Of a stretch of DNA of 64,000 bases, positions 36,316 through 46,274 are shown in pieces; within the stretch, counting starts at the first letter, position 1, and every line of letters begins with the position of its first letter. The position numbers and the translations under genes are program-made. The notes beneath the pieces were generated by a model that was given only the letters and a program-made list of their open reading frames with translations, had not been told where the DNA came from and did no database searches. Source of the stretch: Oligoflexia bacterium. Its GTDB lineage: Bacteria > Bdellovibrionota > UBA1018. The stretch covers positions 1,312,001 through 1,376,000 of the forward strand of contig CAVWVI010000003.1 in the NCBI GenBank assembly GCA_963758495.1, given 5' to 3'.

Positions 36316-36954
36316 CTAATGAATTCGTCGCGTCAAGAGGTTAGCGCTGGGGTCGAGATCTTCAAAATCTTCTATTTCATTTGAGGCCTCAAAAGCATCA
36401 TTCAGGTGATCTCTATATTCTTTCGCTCGTCTTATTCGACTTTCCTGTTCAGTCAGACTGCCGCCGCTTCTCAACCTTTCCATGCTTGAATTCCATGCTT
36501 CCATAGTGTTCTTAATTGCATCTAAACTATCCAATTGCCTAAAATAGTTTGCTAGGGACTTCATTTCTATCTTTTCGCATACGCCTAATGGAACACCATT
36601 CATATAGATCTTATCCAGCACTTCAATCATATCCTTGATTCCAATTCTCATGTCAGGATATCGATGCTCAAGCTTTGAATAAAATTTATCTAATATTTTC
36701 TTGCTTTCCTTTACCTTCACGCCTTGCTGAAAGTTGTGTGCTGCTTTCAATCGATTGGCATCGTTGAGCAATCGAAGGGCTGCATCCCGATCGGCTTCAT
36801 GCAATAATGCACAGATCTGGCCTGCGACGGGCACCATATACATCCCTAGCCACGGCCGTGCTGTCACACGTAAATAATGAGCGCAGCTATCTTTTCCTGC
36901 AAAGCTCGGAGACGAAGTTAGTAGCACAATAATACAAACGAAGAGTATTCTCAT
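36316..36954 (-). CDS. Hypothetical secreted protein
   Basis: Signal peptide MRILFVCIIVLLTSSPSFA; GAGGG RBS-like sequence upstream. Confidence 0.6.
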   Translation of the reverse strand: MRILFVCIIVLLTSSPSFAGKDSCAHYLRVTARPWLGMYMVPVAGQICALLHEADRDAALRLLNDANRLKAAHNFQQGVKVKESKKILDKFYSKLEHRYPDMRIGIKDMIEVLDKIYMNGVPLGVCEKIEMKSLANYFRQLDSLDAIKNTMEAWNSSMERLRSGGSLTEQESRIRRAKEYRDHLNDAFEASNEIEDFEDLDPSANLLTRRIH

Positions 36955-37028
36955 GGTTCCCTCTTCATGATTCCTACATGGCACACTGAATTATTGTCAA
37001 TTAAGGAATTAATGCTTTGGGTCAATAG

Positions 37029-39220
37029 ATCAATCTTCTCGTATTCACAGCTGATTAAATTCATAATTAATCCATATGAGAACCAAACTTGTGGTGTCAG
37101 GTTGGATTTTACTCTTATCCATTCCTTTTTTTTCTTCCGTTTGGGCTGGGCCAGGGTCAGACTCCATTCAACTTCCCTCTCTCAAGACAGATGGGGAGAA
37201 ACTCGCTTTCCTGATTGAGATCAAACAGAAGATTCCCAAGCTTTTTGGCGATGCAGCAAAGTACGACATCGATCTTTTCTCATTGCTTGACGATGAGACA
37301 CAGTTATTAGAAAGGTTGAAATCGAATCCCAAATACCTTCATGCATTCGAGAATAAATCCTATGACGAAATTACCGTAACCCCTCCTCCGGGAGGTTTGG
37401 AGGTGGGCACTCGAAAGATCAAGCGAGAGGCCATCCAGCAATGGAAGAGCCAGCTCAATCAAACACTCCAAAATGTCGAAAGAGGAGGTCCCTCTCCTCA
37501 AAAAGCAGTGAGTTCTCAGATCAATGGAATTGTCGAGAGCTTGGAAGATTCTGGGGACTTTTCGAATCTCTCAGGTAAGAAATTCGGTCGTCTTTTAGCA
37601 GAGTTTGGGAGGGAAAAACAAAACCAGGCACTCTTTAATGAAAAAATTGGAAAAGCTAAAGACTTGGATCTGAAAGGCAGGCTGGCTTTGGCGCTAGAGC
37701 TCTATGATCAGTTTCCAGTCAAGCCTCATGCCGTTACAAAAGAACATCTGGAACGCGCGATCCAATCTTTGTCCGAGGTTGAAAAGCTGATCTCCTTGTC
37801 TGCCTTACAAGTGGTTCTTCACCGTCCTGGACAAGCAGAGCATGCAGATGAAATACCCTGGGAATCTTGGAAGGCCGCCGAGGATTCTTTGAATCAACTG
37901 AATGGACAGGACCTTGAGTTTTTTCTGGATAAACAAGATGCCTTAGCTCCTTTGGTGAGGAGTTCAATCTCTCATCAAGTTCCTGCGATGAGTGCACTTG
38001 AACCCCAATTGATTGAGGCTATTTTCGAAGGTATTGAATTTTATGCTCAGCAGACCGAGGGAGAATTGCAAAGGGCAACTGAGAAAATTCGGCTGACTCA
38101 GGTTCCTCCAGCGGTAGGAATCTTTCGGGGATGCACGGGTGGAGATTGCTCTTCACGGTATTCTTTTCCCTATCCCAATGATCCTCACGAGCGAGTGTTT
38201 TTTATTTACGATTCAGAGGACCAACTCAAAGGCTATGTGAGTAGTACGGAAGTGAGGGTTCAGGGCGAGCCCTCTCTCTATATCATTACGATAAGCGGAA
38301 ATCGGGTGAATGCAGCGGATACGGAATTAGTTTTAAGAGCTTTGGAGCGGGCAAAAGATCAGCTGGGTGTAAAAAATATTCTACTTCCAGAGCCCTCTAA
38401 AGTCGCCGGTTTAATTAATTTCTCAGAAATTCGGGGAGTTTATGAAATGTACACTCAACAGAAGCCTCTCCTCCCCATCCAATATCAGGCGCCTGCCCTC
38501 AGGAAAATCATCGAAAGGTATGAAAATCAGTTGAATAGTGGCCAGTATGATCACATGAAAAACAATCGGCACGGAGTGGTTTTAAAATTCTCGGATCAGA
38601 AGTCAAGTCAGTTGTCTGTCCAACATGAAAGACTTTCCGATACACGAATTCTTTCCAAGTCATTAAGTGAGATTCAAAATTCGGATATTGTGGAGTTTCT
38701 GTTGGATCTGAACAAGTCAGGACGGAGCGAGATCGTGCAGAAAGTGACTCAAATTCAAGAAGTCCGATCGAAGATCAATCTGAAACATTTTATTAAATTG
38801 ACTGATGATTTGTTGAAGAAATGCTCGGAAAAAGCAGGCAGTCCTCTGAGCGTACAGACTTACCGACACCAAGTTCAGACTTTGTTCTCTGAATTAGGAA
38901 TGGATTCAAACTACCTGGAAAATCATCTCGCTCTCCTCTATCCTGGCATTGTTCATTGTCAGGACCCCTATTCGGATCAAAATATTAATTTGACTGCAAA
39001 TTTCATTATCAAGGATATCAAGGAAACTGACAGGCTTTATCCACAAGGGATAAATTTGTCCGCCCTGAAAGACTCAGATAAAAAAGCCATTTCACAGAGC
39101 GCTCCGTTTTTGAAGTATTATAATCAATTATCGCAACAGATCAGCGATCCGAGTTTTAAACTTTCTGAAAACGTTGTACGAGCTTTTGGAGCATTGCTCA
39201 GGTTGGGTGATCTCAAGATA
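37029..39220. repeat. Left arm of a ~2.2-kb inverted duplication (right arm ~42070..44307)
   Basis: Shared upstream sequence atcaatcttctcgtattca(c/t)agctgattaaattcataattaatccatATG and near-identical N-terminal ~720 codons. Confidence 0.9.
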
Positions 39221-40405
39221 AAAGATGTGGCAATTATTCATACACTGACTGAGCGGTTGAAGGACAAGGACTCTGATTCCAAGGCTCGAGAAGAATCTGC
39301 AAGGATGTTGGGAATTCTCAAGCCCAGTAATCCTGCGATAGCGCATGCACTGGCTGAACATCTGAAAGATCCTGATGACAGTGTGAGATATGAAGTGATG
39401 GAGGCGTTGGGAGAGATTAAGCCGAGTGATCCATATTTTTATCATAAACTAATTGAACATTTGAAGGACAAGGATGCTGATTCCGCGGTTCGAGAGGAAG
39501 CTGTAAGGGCGTTGGGAATTCTCAAGCCAAGTGATCCAACGATAGCGCATGCACTGGCTGAACATCTGAAAGATCCTGATGCCAGAGTTAGATATGCAGT
39601 TATAGATGCGTTGGGAGAGATCAAGCCGAGTGATCCTGCGATAGCACATGCACTGGCTGAACATCTGAGCAATCCTAATGCCAGTGTTAGATATGCAGTA
39701 ATAGATGCGTTAGGAGAGATCAAGCCGAGTGATGCGTCGATAGTTTGTGCACTTGTTGAACTTCTAAAAACCGCTCCCTACCCCTCTTCAGATGCAGCTG
39801 GAAAAGCGCTAATAAAAATTAGACCGAGCGATCCACTGGCTCTTTTTGCTCTAGTGGAGCTACTGAGGTCTGAAAATTTTTATATCTCAACACTTGCTGC
39901 AAAAACACTAGGAGAGATTAAGCCAAATGACCTTGGAGTCAATCAAGCTTTGGCCAAACTTTTGAAGGAAAAACCCATTGGTATTCGCATTTATGCTGCC
40001 TATGTGTTGGCAAAGATTAATCCCACTGATTCAGTGATTCATCAAGCTTTAAGTGACCCGGAAATCTATTTAGCTCTAATTGAAACTGTACAGAAGAATC
40101 AACCGACTCATAGTAAATACTTTGCTAGCAATGTCTTGACCCAGCTTGAAGCAGAGCCAACGGTTCGAAAAGCAATCCTAGGTAATCTGATATTTGAGTT
40201 TCACAAGGCCAACACGGTAAAAAGGACGAAAATTTTGACCGCTGTGCAACGTCTTCATAATGTGGATCCTACGTTATTGGAAGACTTTTCCCAGGAAGCT
40301 AAAAGAACCGTCGAAGCGTGTAAAACGTCAAATCATAATTTAGAGGAGTGCCAGTCCCTTGAAGTATTAAGCGATATTACGCACAAACTCGGCCATGTCA
40401 GGTAG
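37076..40405 (+). CDS. Large secreted protein with C-terminal PBS/HEAT-like repeats (paralogue A)
   Basis: Signal peptide; 31-aa LKDPDxxVRxxVxxALGEIKPSD repeats. Confidence 0.8.
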   Translation: MRTKLVVSGWILLLSIPFFSSVWAGPGSDSIQLPSLKTDGEKLAFLIEIKQKIPKLFGDAAKYDIDLFSLLDDETQLLERLKSNPKYLHAFENKSYDEITVTPPPGGLEVGTRKIKREAIQQWKSQLNQTLQNVERGGPSPQKAVSSQINGIVESLEDSGDFSNLSGKKFGRLLAEFGREKQNQALFNEKIGKAKDLDLKGRLALALELYDQFPVKPHAVTKEHLERAIQSLSEVEKLISLSALQVVLHRPGQAEHADEIPWESWKAAEDSLNQLNGQDLEFFLDKQDALAPLVRSSISHQVPAMSALEPQLIEAIFEGIEFYAQQTEGELQRATEKIRLTQVPPAVGIFRGCTGGDCSSRYSFPYPNDPHERVFFIYDSEDQLKGYVSSTEVRVQGEPSLYIITISGNRVNAADTELVLRALERAKDQLGVKNILLPEPSKVAGLINFSEIRGVYEMYTQQKPLLPIQYQAPALRKIIERYENQLNSGQYDHMKNNRHGVVLKFSDQKSSQLSVQHERLSDTRILSKSLSEIQNSDIVEFLLDLNKSGRSEIVQKVTQIQEVRSKINLKHFIKLTDDLLKKCSEKAGSPLSVQTYRHQVQTLFSELGMDSNYLENHLALLYPGIVHCQDPYSDQNINLTANFIIKDIKETDRLYPQGINLSALKDSDKKAISQSAPFLKYYNQLSQQISDPSFKLSENVVRAFGALLRLGDLKIKDVAIIHTLTERLKDKDSDSKAREESARMLGILKPSNPAIAHALAEHLKDPDDSVRYEVMEALGEIKPSDPYFYHKLIEHLKDKDADSAVREEAVRALGILKPSDPTIAHALAEHLKDPDARVRYAVIDALGEIKPSDPAIAHALAEHLSNPNASVRYAVIDALGEIKPSDASIVCALVELLKTAPYPSSDAAGKALIKIRPSDPLALFALVELLRSENFYISTLAAKTLGEIKPNDLGVNQALAKLLKEKPIGIRIYAAYVLAKINPTDSVIHQALSDPEIYLALIETVQKNQPTHSKYFASNVLTQLEAEPTVRKAILGNLIFEFHKANTVKRTKILTAVQRLHNVDPTLLEDFSQEAKRTVEACKTSNHNLEECQSLEVLSDITHKLGHVR

Positions 40406-40532
40406 CACCCCTGTTTGATTAACCAGTTTATAGACACCGTGACACAACCTGCAATAACAAATCTTTAAGGTTTCCCTCTGCCTAGTCCGAGAAGAAGTCT
40501 AAGAACTTGATTTTTCTCGGAGGATAGATGCT

Positions 40533-41471
40533 ATGAGTGTGTGTCTTTATCGCTTTATGATTATTCTGAGTATGACGTTTTTACTTGGTGCATGTTCTCA
40601 TTCGAAAAAAACTGACGAGAAAACTGACGAAATTCCCGCATCTACCGAGCTCCCCGCGGATGGACCTCTTGATGCGGGTACTGACGCTGTGCCTCAGGTC
40701 AAAGCTGAAAATTCTGCAATCGCAAGCTTAGAACAACCACCTGCACCCCTTGCGTCATCTACGCCTCCTCCCCCGACAATGGAAGCCAATGAAAAGGCTC
40801 ACGAAGCCACGGCACCGTCACTCGACTCTTCTGCTCATTCCACAACCACAGCCACAACCACAGCGTCTGCAACTGATTCAGCCACAAACTCAGAAATGAG
40901 TGGAGAAGTTGAAAACTATACGATGCAAGATGGCGATACTTTGATGAAGATTGCTTACGAAACTTATGGGGACATCTATAAGTGGAAAGATATTTATGAG
41001 GCAAATAAGGATAAAGTTCCAGATCCCAATAAAGTTCCAAAAGGGACAGTTTTGAAAGTCAATAAGCCCTCAAATGCAGTTGCCATTAACCGAAATGGTG
41101 AAAAATACCTGATTCAAAAAGGAGATACATTGGGGAAAATTTCCAATTCAGTCTATGGGACTGAGTCTAAATGGAAGAAAATTTGGGATAATAATAAGCA
41201 ATTGATTCATGATCCCAATAAAATTTTTGCTGGATTTTATTTATACTACCTGACAGATGAATCCAAAAAGGCGCCTGCTGAAAATCTCATTTCTCCTCGA
41301 GTTCCTGCCGCTCAATCTAATACCCCTCAATCTAATGTGAGTGATCAAACCAGGCAAACCACTCTTCCTTCACATACAAATACAAACTTAAACGGAAATG
41401 TAGATGCACTATCCAATTCAGTAAATGCACTCAATGCTCCGCCAAACCTGGGAGAACCCCCTCGGCCTTAA
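40533..41471 (+). CDS. LysM (x2) peptidoglycan-binding lipoprotein
   Basis: Lipobox LGAC; YTMQDGDTLMKIA...WKDIYEAN and YLIQKGDTLGKIS...WKKIWDNN. Confidence 0.85.
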   Translation: MSVCLYRFMIILSMTFLLGACSHSKKTDEKTDEIPASTELPADGPLDAGTDAVPQVKAENSAIASLEQPPAPLASSTPPPPTMEANEKAHEATAPSLDSSAHSTTTATTTASATDSATNSEMSGEVENYTMQDGDTLMKIAYETYGDIYKWKDIYEANKDKVPDPNKVPKGTVLKVNKPSNAVAINRNGEKYLIQKGDTLGKISNSVYGTESKWKKIWDNNKQLIHDPNKIFAGFYLYYLTDESKKAPAENLISPRVPAAQSNTPQSNVSDQTRQTTLPSHTNTNLNGNVDALSNSVNALNAPPNLGEPPRP

Positions 41472-44260
41472 GGAGAACTTCGGATCTCTTCTAACGCCTT
41501 TTCAACTTCGTATCTAACAACGAAATCAGGATCTTTCAAATGTTCAGTCAGTGCATGGGCTATCGCTGGATCACTTGGCTTGAGAATTCCCAATATCCTT
41601 GCAGCACACCATCTCACCCGGGAAGTAGAGTCCTTCAATTGCTCAACCAATATATGATAAAAAACTGGATCACTCGGCTTGATCTCCCCCAATGCATAGA
41701 TCACTGCATATCTAACACTGTTATCAGGATCTTTCAGATGTTCAGCCAGTGCATGGGCTATCGCTGGATCACTTGGCTTGAGAATTCCCAATATCCTTGC
41801 AGCTACCTCTCGAACCATGGAGGCAGAGTCCTTCAATTGATTAACCACTGTATGATAAAAAACTGGATCACTCGGCTTGATCTCAATCAACGCCTTTTCA
41901 ACTTCATATCTAACAACGAAATTAGGATCTTTTAGATGTTCAGCCAGTGTATGGGCTATCGCTGGATCACTTGGCTTGAGAACTCCCAACATCCTTGCAG
42001 CTTCCTCTCGAACCCGGGAATCAGGGCACTCCAATTGTTCAACCATTTTACGATAAAAAGCTGGGTCCTTTATCTTGAGATCACCCAACCTAAGCAAGGC
42101 GCCAAAAGCTCGTACAATTTTTCCAGAAGGTTTGAACCTCGGATCGCTGATCTGTTGGGCTAATTGATTATAATACTTCAAAAACGGAGCACTCTGTGAA
42201 ATGGCTTTTTTATCTGAGTCTTTCAGTGCAGACAAACTTACCCCTTGAGGATAGGGCCTGTCACTTTCCTTGATATCCTTGATAATGAATTCCACAGTCA
42301 AATTGATATTTTGATTCGAATAGGGGTCTTGACAATAAACAATGCCAGGATAGAGGAAAGAGAGATGATTTTCCAAGTAGTTTGAATCCATTCCCAACTC
42401 AGAGAACAAAGTCTGAACTTGGTATCGGTAAGCCTGTACGCTCAGAGGACTGCCTGCTTTTTCCGAGCATTTCTTCAATAAATCATCAGTCAATTCAATA
42501 AAATATTTAAGATTGATCTTCGATCGGACTTTCTGAATTTGAGCCACTTTCTGCACGATCTCGCTCCGTCCTGACTTGTTCAGATCCAACAGAAACTCCA
42601 CAATATCCGAATTTTGAATCTCACTTAATGACTTAGAAAGAATTCGTGTATCGGAAAGTCTTTCATATTGGACGGACAACTGACTTGACTTTTGATCCGA
42701 GAATTTCAAAACCACTCCGTGCCGATTGTTTTTCATGTGATCATACTGGCCACTATTCAACTGACTTTTATACCCTTCGATGACTTTCCTGAGGGCAGTA
42801 TCCTGATATTGAATGGGGAGGAGAGGCTTCTGTTGAGTGTATGTTTCATAAACTCCCCGAATTTCTAAGAAATTAATTAAGTCTCTCACTTGAGAAGGTT
42901 CTGGAAGTAAAATATTTTTTACACCCAGCTGAGCTTTTGCCCGCTCCAAAGCTCTTAAAACTAATTCAGTATCCGCTGCATTCACCCGATTTCCGCTTAT
43001 CGTAACAATATAGAGAGAGGGCTCGCCCTGAACCCTCACTTCCGTACTACTCACATAGCCTTTGAGTTGGTCCTCTGAATCGTAAATAAAAAACACTCGC
43101 TCGTGAGGGTCATTGGGATAGGGAAAAGAATATTGTGAAGAACAATCTCCACCCGGGCATCCCCGAAAGATCCCTACCGCTGGAGGAACCTGAGTCAGCC
43201 GAATTTTTTCAGTTGCCCTTTGAATTTCTCCCTCGGTCTGTTGGGCATAAAATTCAATACCTTTGAAAATGGCCTCAATTAATTGGGACTCAAGTGCTGG
43301 GAGTGCCGAAAGTGAAGATTGAGCACTCATCGCAGGAACTTGATGAGAGATTGAACTCCTCACCAAAGGAGCTAAGGCATCTTGTTTATCCAGAAAAAAC
43401 TCAAGGTCTTGTTCATTCAGTTGATTCAAAGAATCCTCGGCGGCCTTCCAAGATTCCCAGGGTATTTCATCTGCATGCTCTGCTTGTCCAGGACGGTGAA
43501 GAACCACTTGTAAGGCAGACAAGGAGATCAGTTTTTCAACCTCGGACAAAGATTGGATCGCGCGTTCCAGATGTTCTTTTGTAACGGCATGAGGCTTGAC
43601 TGGAAACTGATCATAGAGCTCTAGCGCCAAAGCCAGCCTGCCTTTCAGATCCAAGTCTTTAGCTTTTCCAATTTTTTCATTAAAGAGTGCCTGGTTTTGT
43701 TTTTCCCTCCCAAACTCTGCTAAAAGACGACCGAATTTCTTACCTGAGAGATTCAAAAAGTCCCCAGAATCTTCCAAACTCTCGACAATTTCATTGATCT
43801 GAGAGTTCACTACTTTTTGAGGAGAAGACACTCCCCTTTCGACGCTCAACTCCGCCTTCAATTTTTGGAAAGTTTGATTGAGCTGGCTCTTCCATTGCTG
43901 GATGGCCTCTCGCTTGATCTTTCGAGTGCCCACCTCCAAACCTCCCGGAGGAGGGGTTACGGTAATTTCGTCATAGGATTTATTCTCGAATGCATGAAGG
44001 TATTTGGGATTCGATTTCAACCTTTCTAATAACTGTGTCTCATCGTCAAGCAATGAGAAAAGATCGATGTCGTACTTTGCTGCATCGCCAAAAAGCTTGG
44101 GAATCTTCTGTTTGATCTCAATCAGGAAAGCGAGTTTCTCCCCATCTGTCTTGAGAGAGGGAAGTTGAATGGAGTCTGACCCTGGCCCAGCCCAAACGGA
44201 AGAAAGAAAAGGAATGGATAAGAGTAAAATCCAACCTGACGCCACAAGTTTGGTTCTCAT
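41468..44260 (-). CDS. Large secreted protein with C-terminal PBS/HEAT-like repeats (paralogue B)
   Basis: Near-identical to 37076..40405 over the N-terminal region; about three 62-aa (186-bp) double repeats, then a stop. Confidence 0.8.
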   Translation of the reverse strand: MRTKLVASGWILLLSIPFLSSVWAGPGSDSIQLPSLKTDGEKLAFLIEIKQKIPKLFGDAAKYDIDLFSLLDDETQLLERLKSNPKYLHAFENKSYDEITVTPPPGGLEVGTRKIKREAIQQWKSQLNQTFQKLKAELSVERGVSSPQKVVNSQINEIVESLEDSGDFLNLSGKKFGRLLAEFGREKQNQALFNEKIGKAKDLDLKGRLALALELYDQFPVKPHAVTKEHLERAIQSLSEVEKLISLSALQVVLHRPGQAEHADEIPWESWKAAEDSLNQLNEQDLEFFLDKQDALAPLVRSSISHQVPAMSAQSSLSALPALESQLIEAIFKGIEFYAQQTEGEIQRATEKIRLTQVPPAVGIFRGCPGGDCSSQYSFPYPNDPHERVFFIYDSEDQLKGYVSSTEVRVQGEPSLYIVTISGNRVNAADTELVLRALERAKAQLGVKNILLPEPSQVRDLINFLEIRGVYETYTQQKPLLPIQYQDTALRKVIEGYKSQLNSGQYDHMKNNRHGVVLKFSDQKSSQLSVQYERLSDTRILSKSLSEIQNSDIVEFLLDLNKSGRSEIVQKVAQIQKVRSKINLKYFIELTDDLLKKCSEKAGSPLSVQAYRYQVQTLFSELGMDSNYLENHLSFLYPGIVYCQDPYSNQNINLTVEFIIKDIKESDRPYPQGVSLSALKDSDKKAISQSAPFLKYYNQLAQQISDPRFKPSGKIVRAFGALLRLGDLKIKDPAFYRKMVEQLECPDSRVREEAARMLGVLKPSDPAIAHTLAEHLKDPNFVVRYEVEKALIEIKPSDPVFYHTVVNQLKDSASMVREVAARILGILKPSDPAIAHALAEHLKDPDNSVRYAVIYALGEIKPSDPVFYHILVEQLKDSTSRVRWCAARILGILKPSDPAIAHALTEHLKDPDFVVRYEVEKALEEIRSSP

Positions 44261-44307
44261 ATGGATTAATTATGAATTTAATCAGCTATGAATACGAGAA
44301 GATTGAT

Positions 44308-44949
44308 TTATTTCAAAAACAGATCCCGTTGATCCAGAGCTTCAATAATACTTTTATTGAGACTTTGAAAATCAGTTGGACTCTCAATGAAATCTAATTC
44401 ATCGCTTTCAATAATGATTTTTTTCCCCAAAAGATAACTACTCATCCAATCGTCATAGTAACGGTTTAAATTACTAAGGTATTCGTCTGGAATGTTCTTT
44501 TCGAAATCTCTACCTCGTAATGCAATTCTCTTTTTGAGTTTAGGTAGGGACTTTCTTAAATAAATAATGAGATCGGGTGGTGTTAAAAACTGGCACATCA
44601 CCTGATAGAGTTCGAGATAATTTTTATAGTCTCGTTCCTCCATATGGCCTTGCTCATAGAGGTTACGAGCAAAAATATTGGCATCTTCGTAAATACTACG
44701 ATCTTGAATTGCGCTACTCGTGCCTTGACTGACATTTTGATGCGCTTGAAACCGATTGGTCAGGAAAAAAATCTGTAATGGAAACGACCATCGGCTCATA
44801 TCCTTATAAAAATCAGTAAGATAAGGATTATCACTCACTGCTTCAAAATGAGCTACCCAACCAAAACGCTTAGAAAGCATATTGGTTAAAGTTGTCTTTC
44901 CTGTTCCAATATTTCCTGCAATTGCGATAAAAATTTTTTCACTCGCCAA
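44308..44949 (-). CDS. Deoxynucleoside kinase
   Basis: IAIAGNIGTGKTT, QDRSIYED, PDLIIYL, RGR; TTG start with GGGAG RBS. Confidence 0.9.
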   Translation of the reverse strand: MASEKIFIAIAGNIGTGKTTLTNMLSKRFGWVAHFEAVSDNPYLTDFYKDMSRWSFPLQIFFLTNRFQAHQNVSQGTSSAIQDRSIYEDANIFARNLYEQGHMEERDYKNYLELYQVMCQFLTPPDLIIYLRKSLPKLKKRIALRGRDFEKNIPDEYLSNLNRYYDDWMSSYLLGKKIIIESDELDFIESPTDFQSLNKSIIEALDQRDLFLK

Positions 44950-45075
44950 ACGACACTCCCCCTTTAAACAGATGTATTTTTTGACATAGAACCTTACAAG
45001 GGTCGAAGTCAAGAATGGATTTGCACTCAAGGGGCCAATCCGGTAATTCAGGTAGATAAAGAGAAGGATTTAAAT

Positions 45076-46206
45076 ATGTCGCAAATTCCAGAGAACGCAA
45101 ACAAAGGCTTGGAAAATGTCATCGCCTGCACCAGTGAAATCAGTACCATCCATGATGTTACATTGATTTATCGTGGATATACGATTGAGGATCTCTCCTC
45201 CCTCTGTGGTTTTGAAGAAGTGATCTACTTGCTATGGTATGGAAAACTTCCCAATGCCAATGAATTGAGTCAATTCAAAGCTCAATTGAATGCTCAGATG
45301 GTGTTGCCGCAAGAACTCATGCCAATACTTGAATCAATTGCTAAGCTAAATGCTCACTCAATGGCAAAACTCAGGACTGCCGTGTCCTATTTTGGAATGC
45401 TTGACTCAAATGCTGACGATATTTCTATTGAGGGGATTCGCAATAAAGCAATTAGCTTAACTGCGGCCATTGGTCCGATTGTCGCTGCGATTTCTCGGCT
45501 GGAACAAAAACTAAAACCCATCGCACCTACCCCTGGCAAGACGCTAGCCTGGAATTTTTTAAATATGATTCAGGGAAAAGAACCGAGTGCTGAAGAAGAG
45601 AAGCTCATGGACACGGCCCTCGTTCTTCACGCAGACCATGAACTCAATGCCTCTTCTTTTACAGCAAGAGTAGTGGCCTCAACCACGAGTGATTATTATA
45701 GTGACATCACTGCTGCAATTGGCTCCCTAAAAGGCCCTTTACATGGCGGCGCCAATGAACAGGTGATGCTCATGCTCCGTGACATTGGATCTTACAGCAA
45801 AGTAGATGCTTTCATTGAAGATGCCGTCCATTCTAAAAAGAAAGTCATGGGAATTGGGCATCGTGTCTATAAGCACGGCGACCCAAGAGCCAGGATTTTA
45901 AAAGAGCTTTCTTTACAAACCTGCAAAAAGGCAGGGCTAGAAGATTACCATCGCATGCTGACACGGATTCAGGAACAGATGGAGGCAAAGAAAGGCCTCA
46001 TGCCAAACGTCGATTTTTATAGTGGCTTAGTCTACACAGCGCTAGGCCTGCGCCCAAGAGACTTCACACCTATTTTCGCTGTCAGCCGAATTTCAGGCTG
46101 GACCGCTCAAGTACTTGAACAATACGCAAATAATCGTATTTATCGCCCTAGAGCCTTTTATACGGGACCTGTTGACTTAAAAGTTAAACCTCTGAATGAG
46201 CGTTAA
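45076..46206 (+). CDS. Citrate synthase / 2-methylcitrate synthase (short type)
   Basis: HADHELNASSF, LKGPLHGGAN, MGIGHRVY, PNVDFYSG. Confidence 0.9.
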   Translation: MSQIPENANKGLENVIACTSEISTIHDVTLIYRGYTIEDLSSLCGFEEVIYLLWYGKLPNANELSQFKAQLNAQMVLPQELMPILESIAKLNAHSMAKLRTAVSYFGMLDSNADDISIEGIRNKAISLTAAIGPIVAAISRLEQKLKPIAPTPGKTLAWNFLNMIQGKEPSAEEEKLMDTALVLHADHELNASSFTARVVASTTSDYYSDITAAIGSLKGPLHGGANEQVMLMLRDIGSYSKVDAFIEDAVHSKKKVMGIGHRVYKHGDPRARILKELSLQTCKKAGLEDYHRMLTRIQEQMEAKKGLMPNVDFYSGLVYTALGLRPRDFTPIFAVSRISGWTAQVLEQYANNRIYRPRAFYTGPVDLKVKPLNER

Positions 46207-46228
46207 GCCCTTCCCGAGGAGTGTTGAC

Positions 46229-46274
46229 AAGCACTACAAGGATTCCTGGCGCAACAGGAATCCTTGTAGTGCTT
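46229..46274. terminator. Perfect 20-bp inverted repeat between convergent genes
   Basis: AAGCACTACAAGGATTCCTG-gcgcaa-CAGGAATCCTTGTAGTGCTT. Confidence 0.7.

Noticed and set aside
37076..44260. Diversity-generating retroelement (TR/VR pair)
   Set aside because: No reverse transcriptase in the window, and differences between copies are not evidently adenine-specific.
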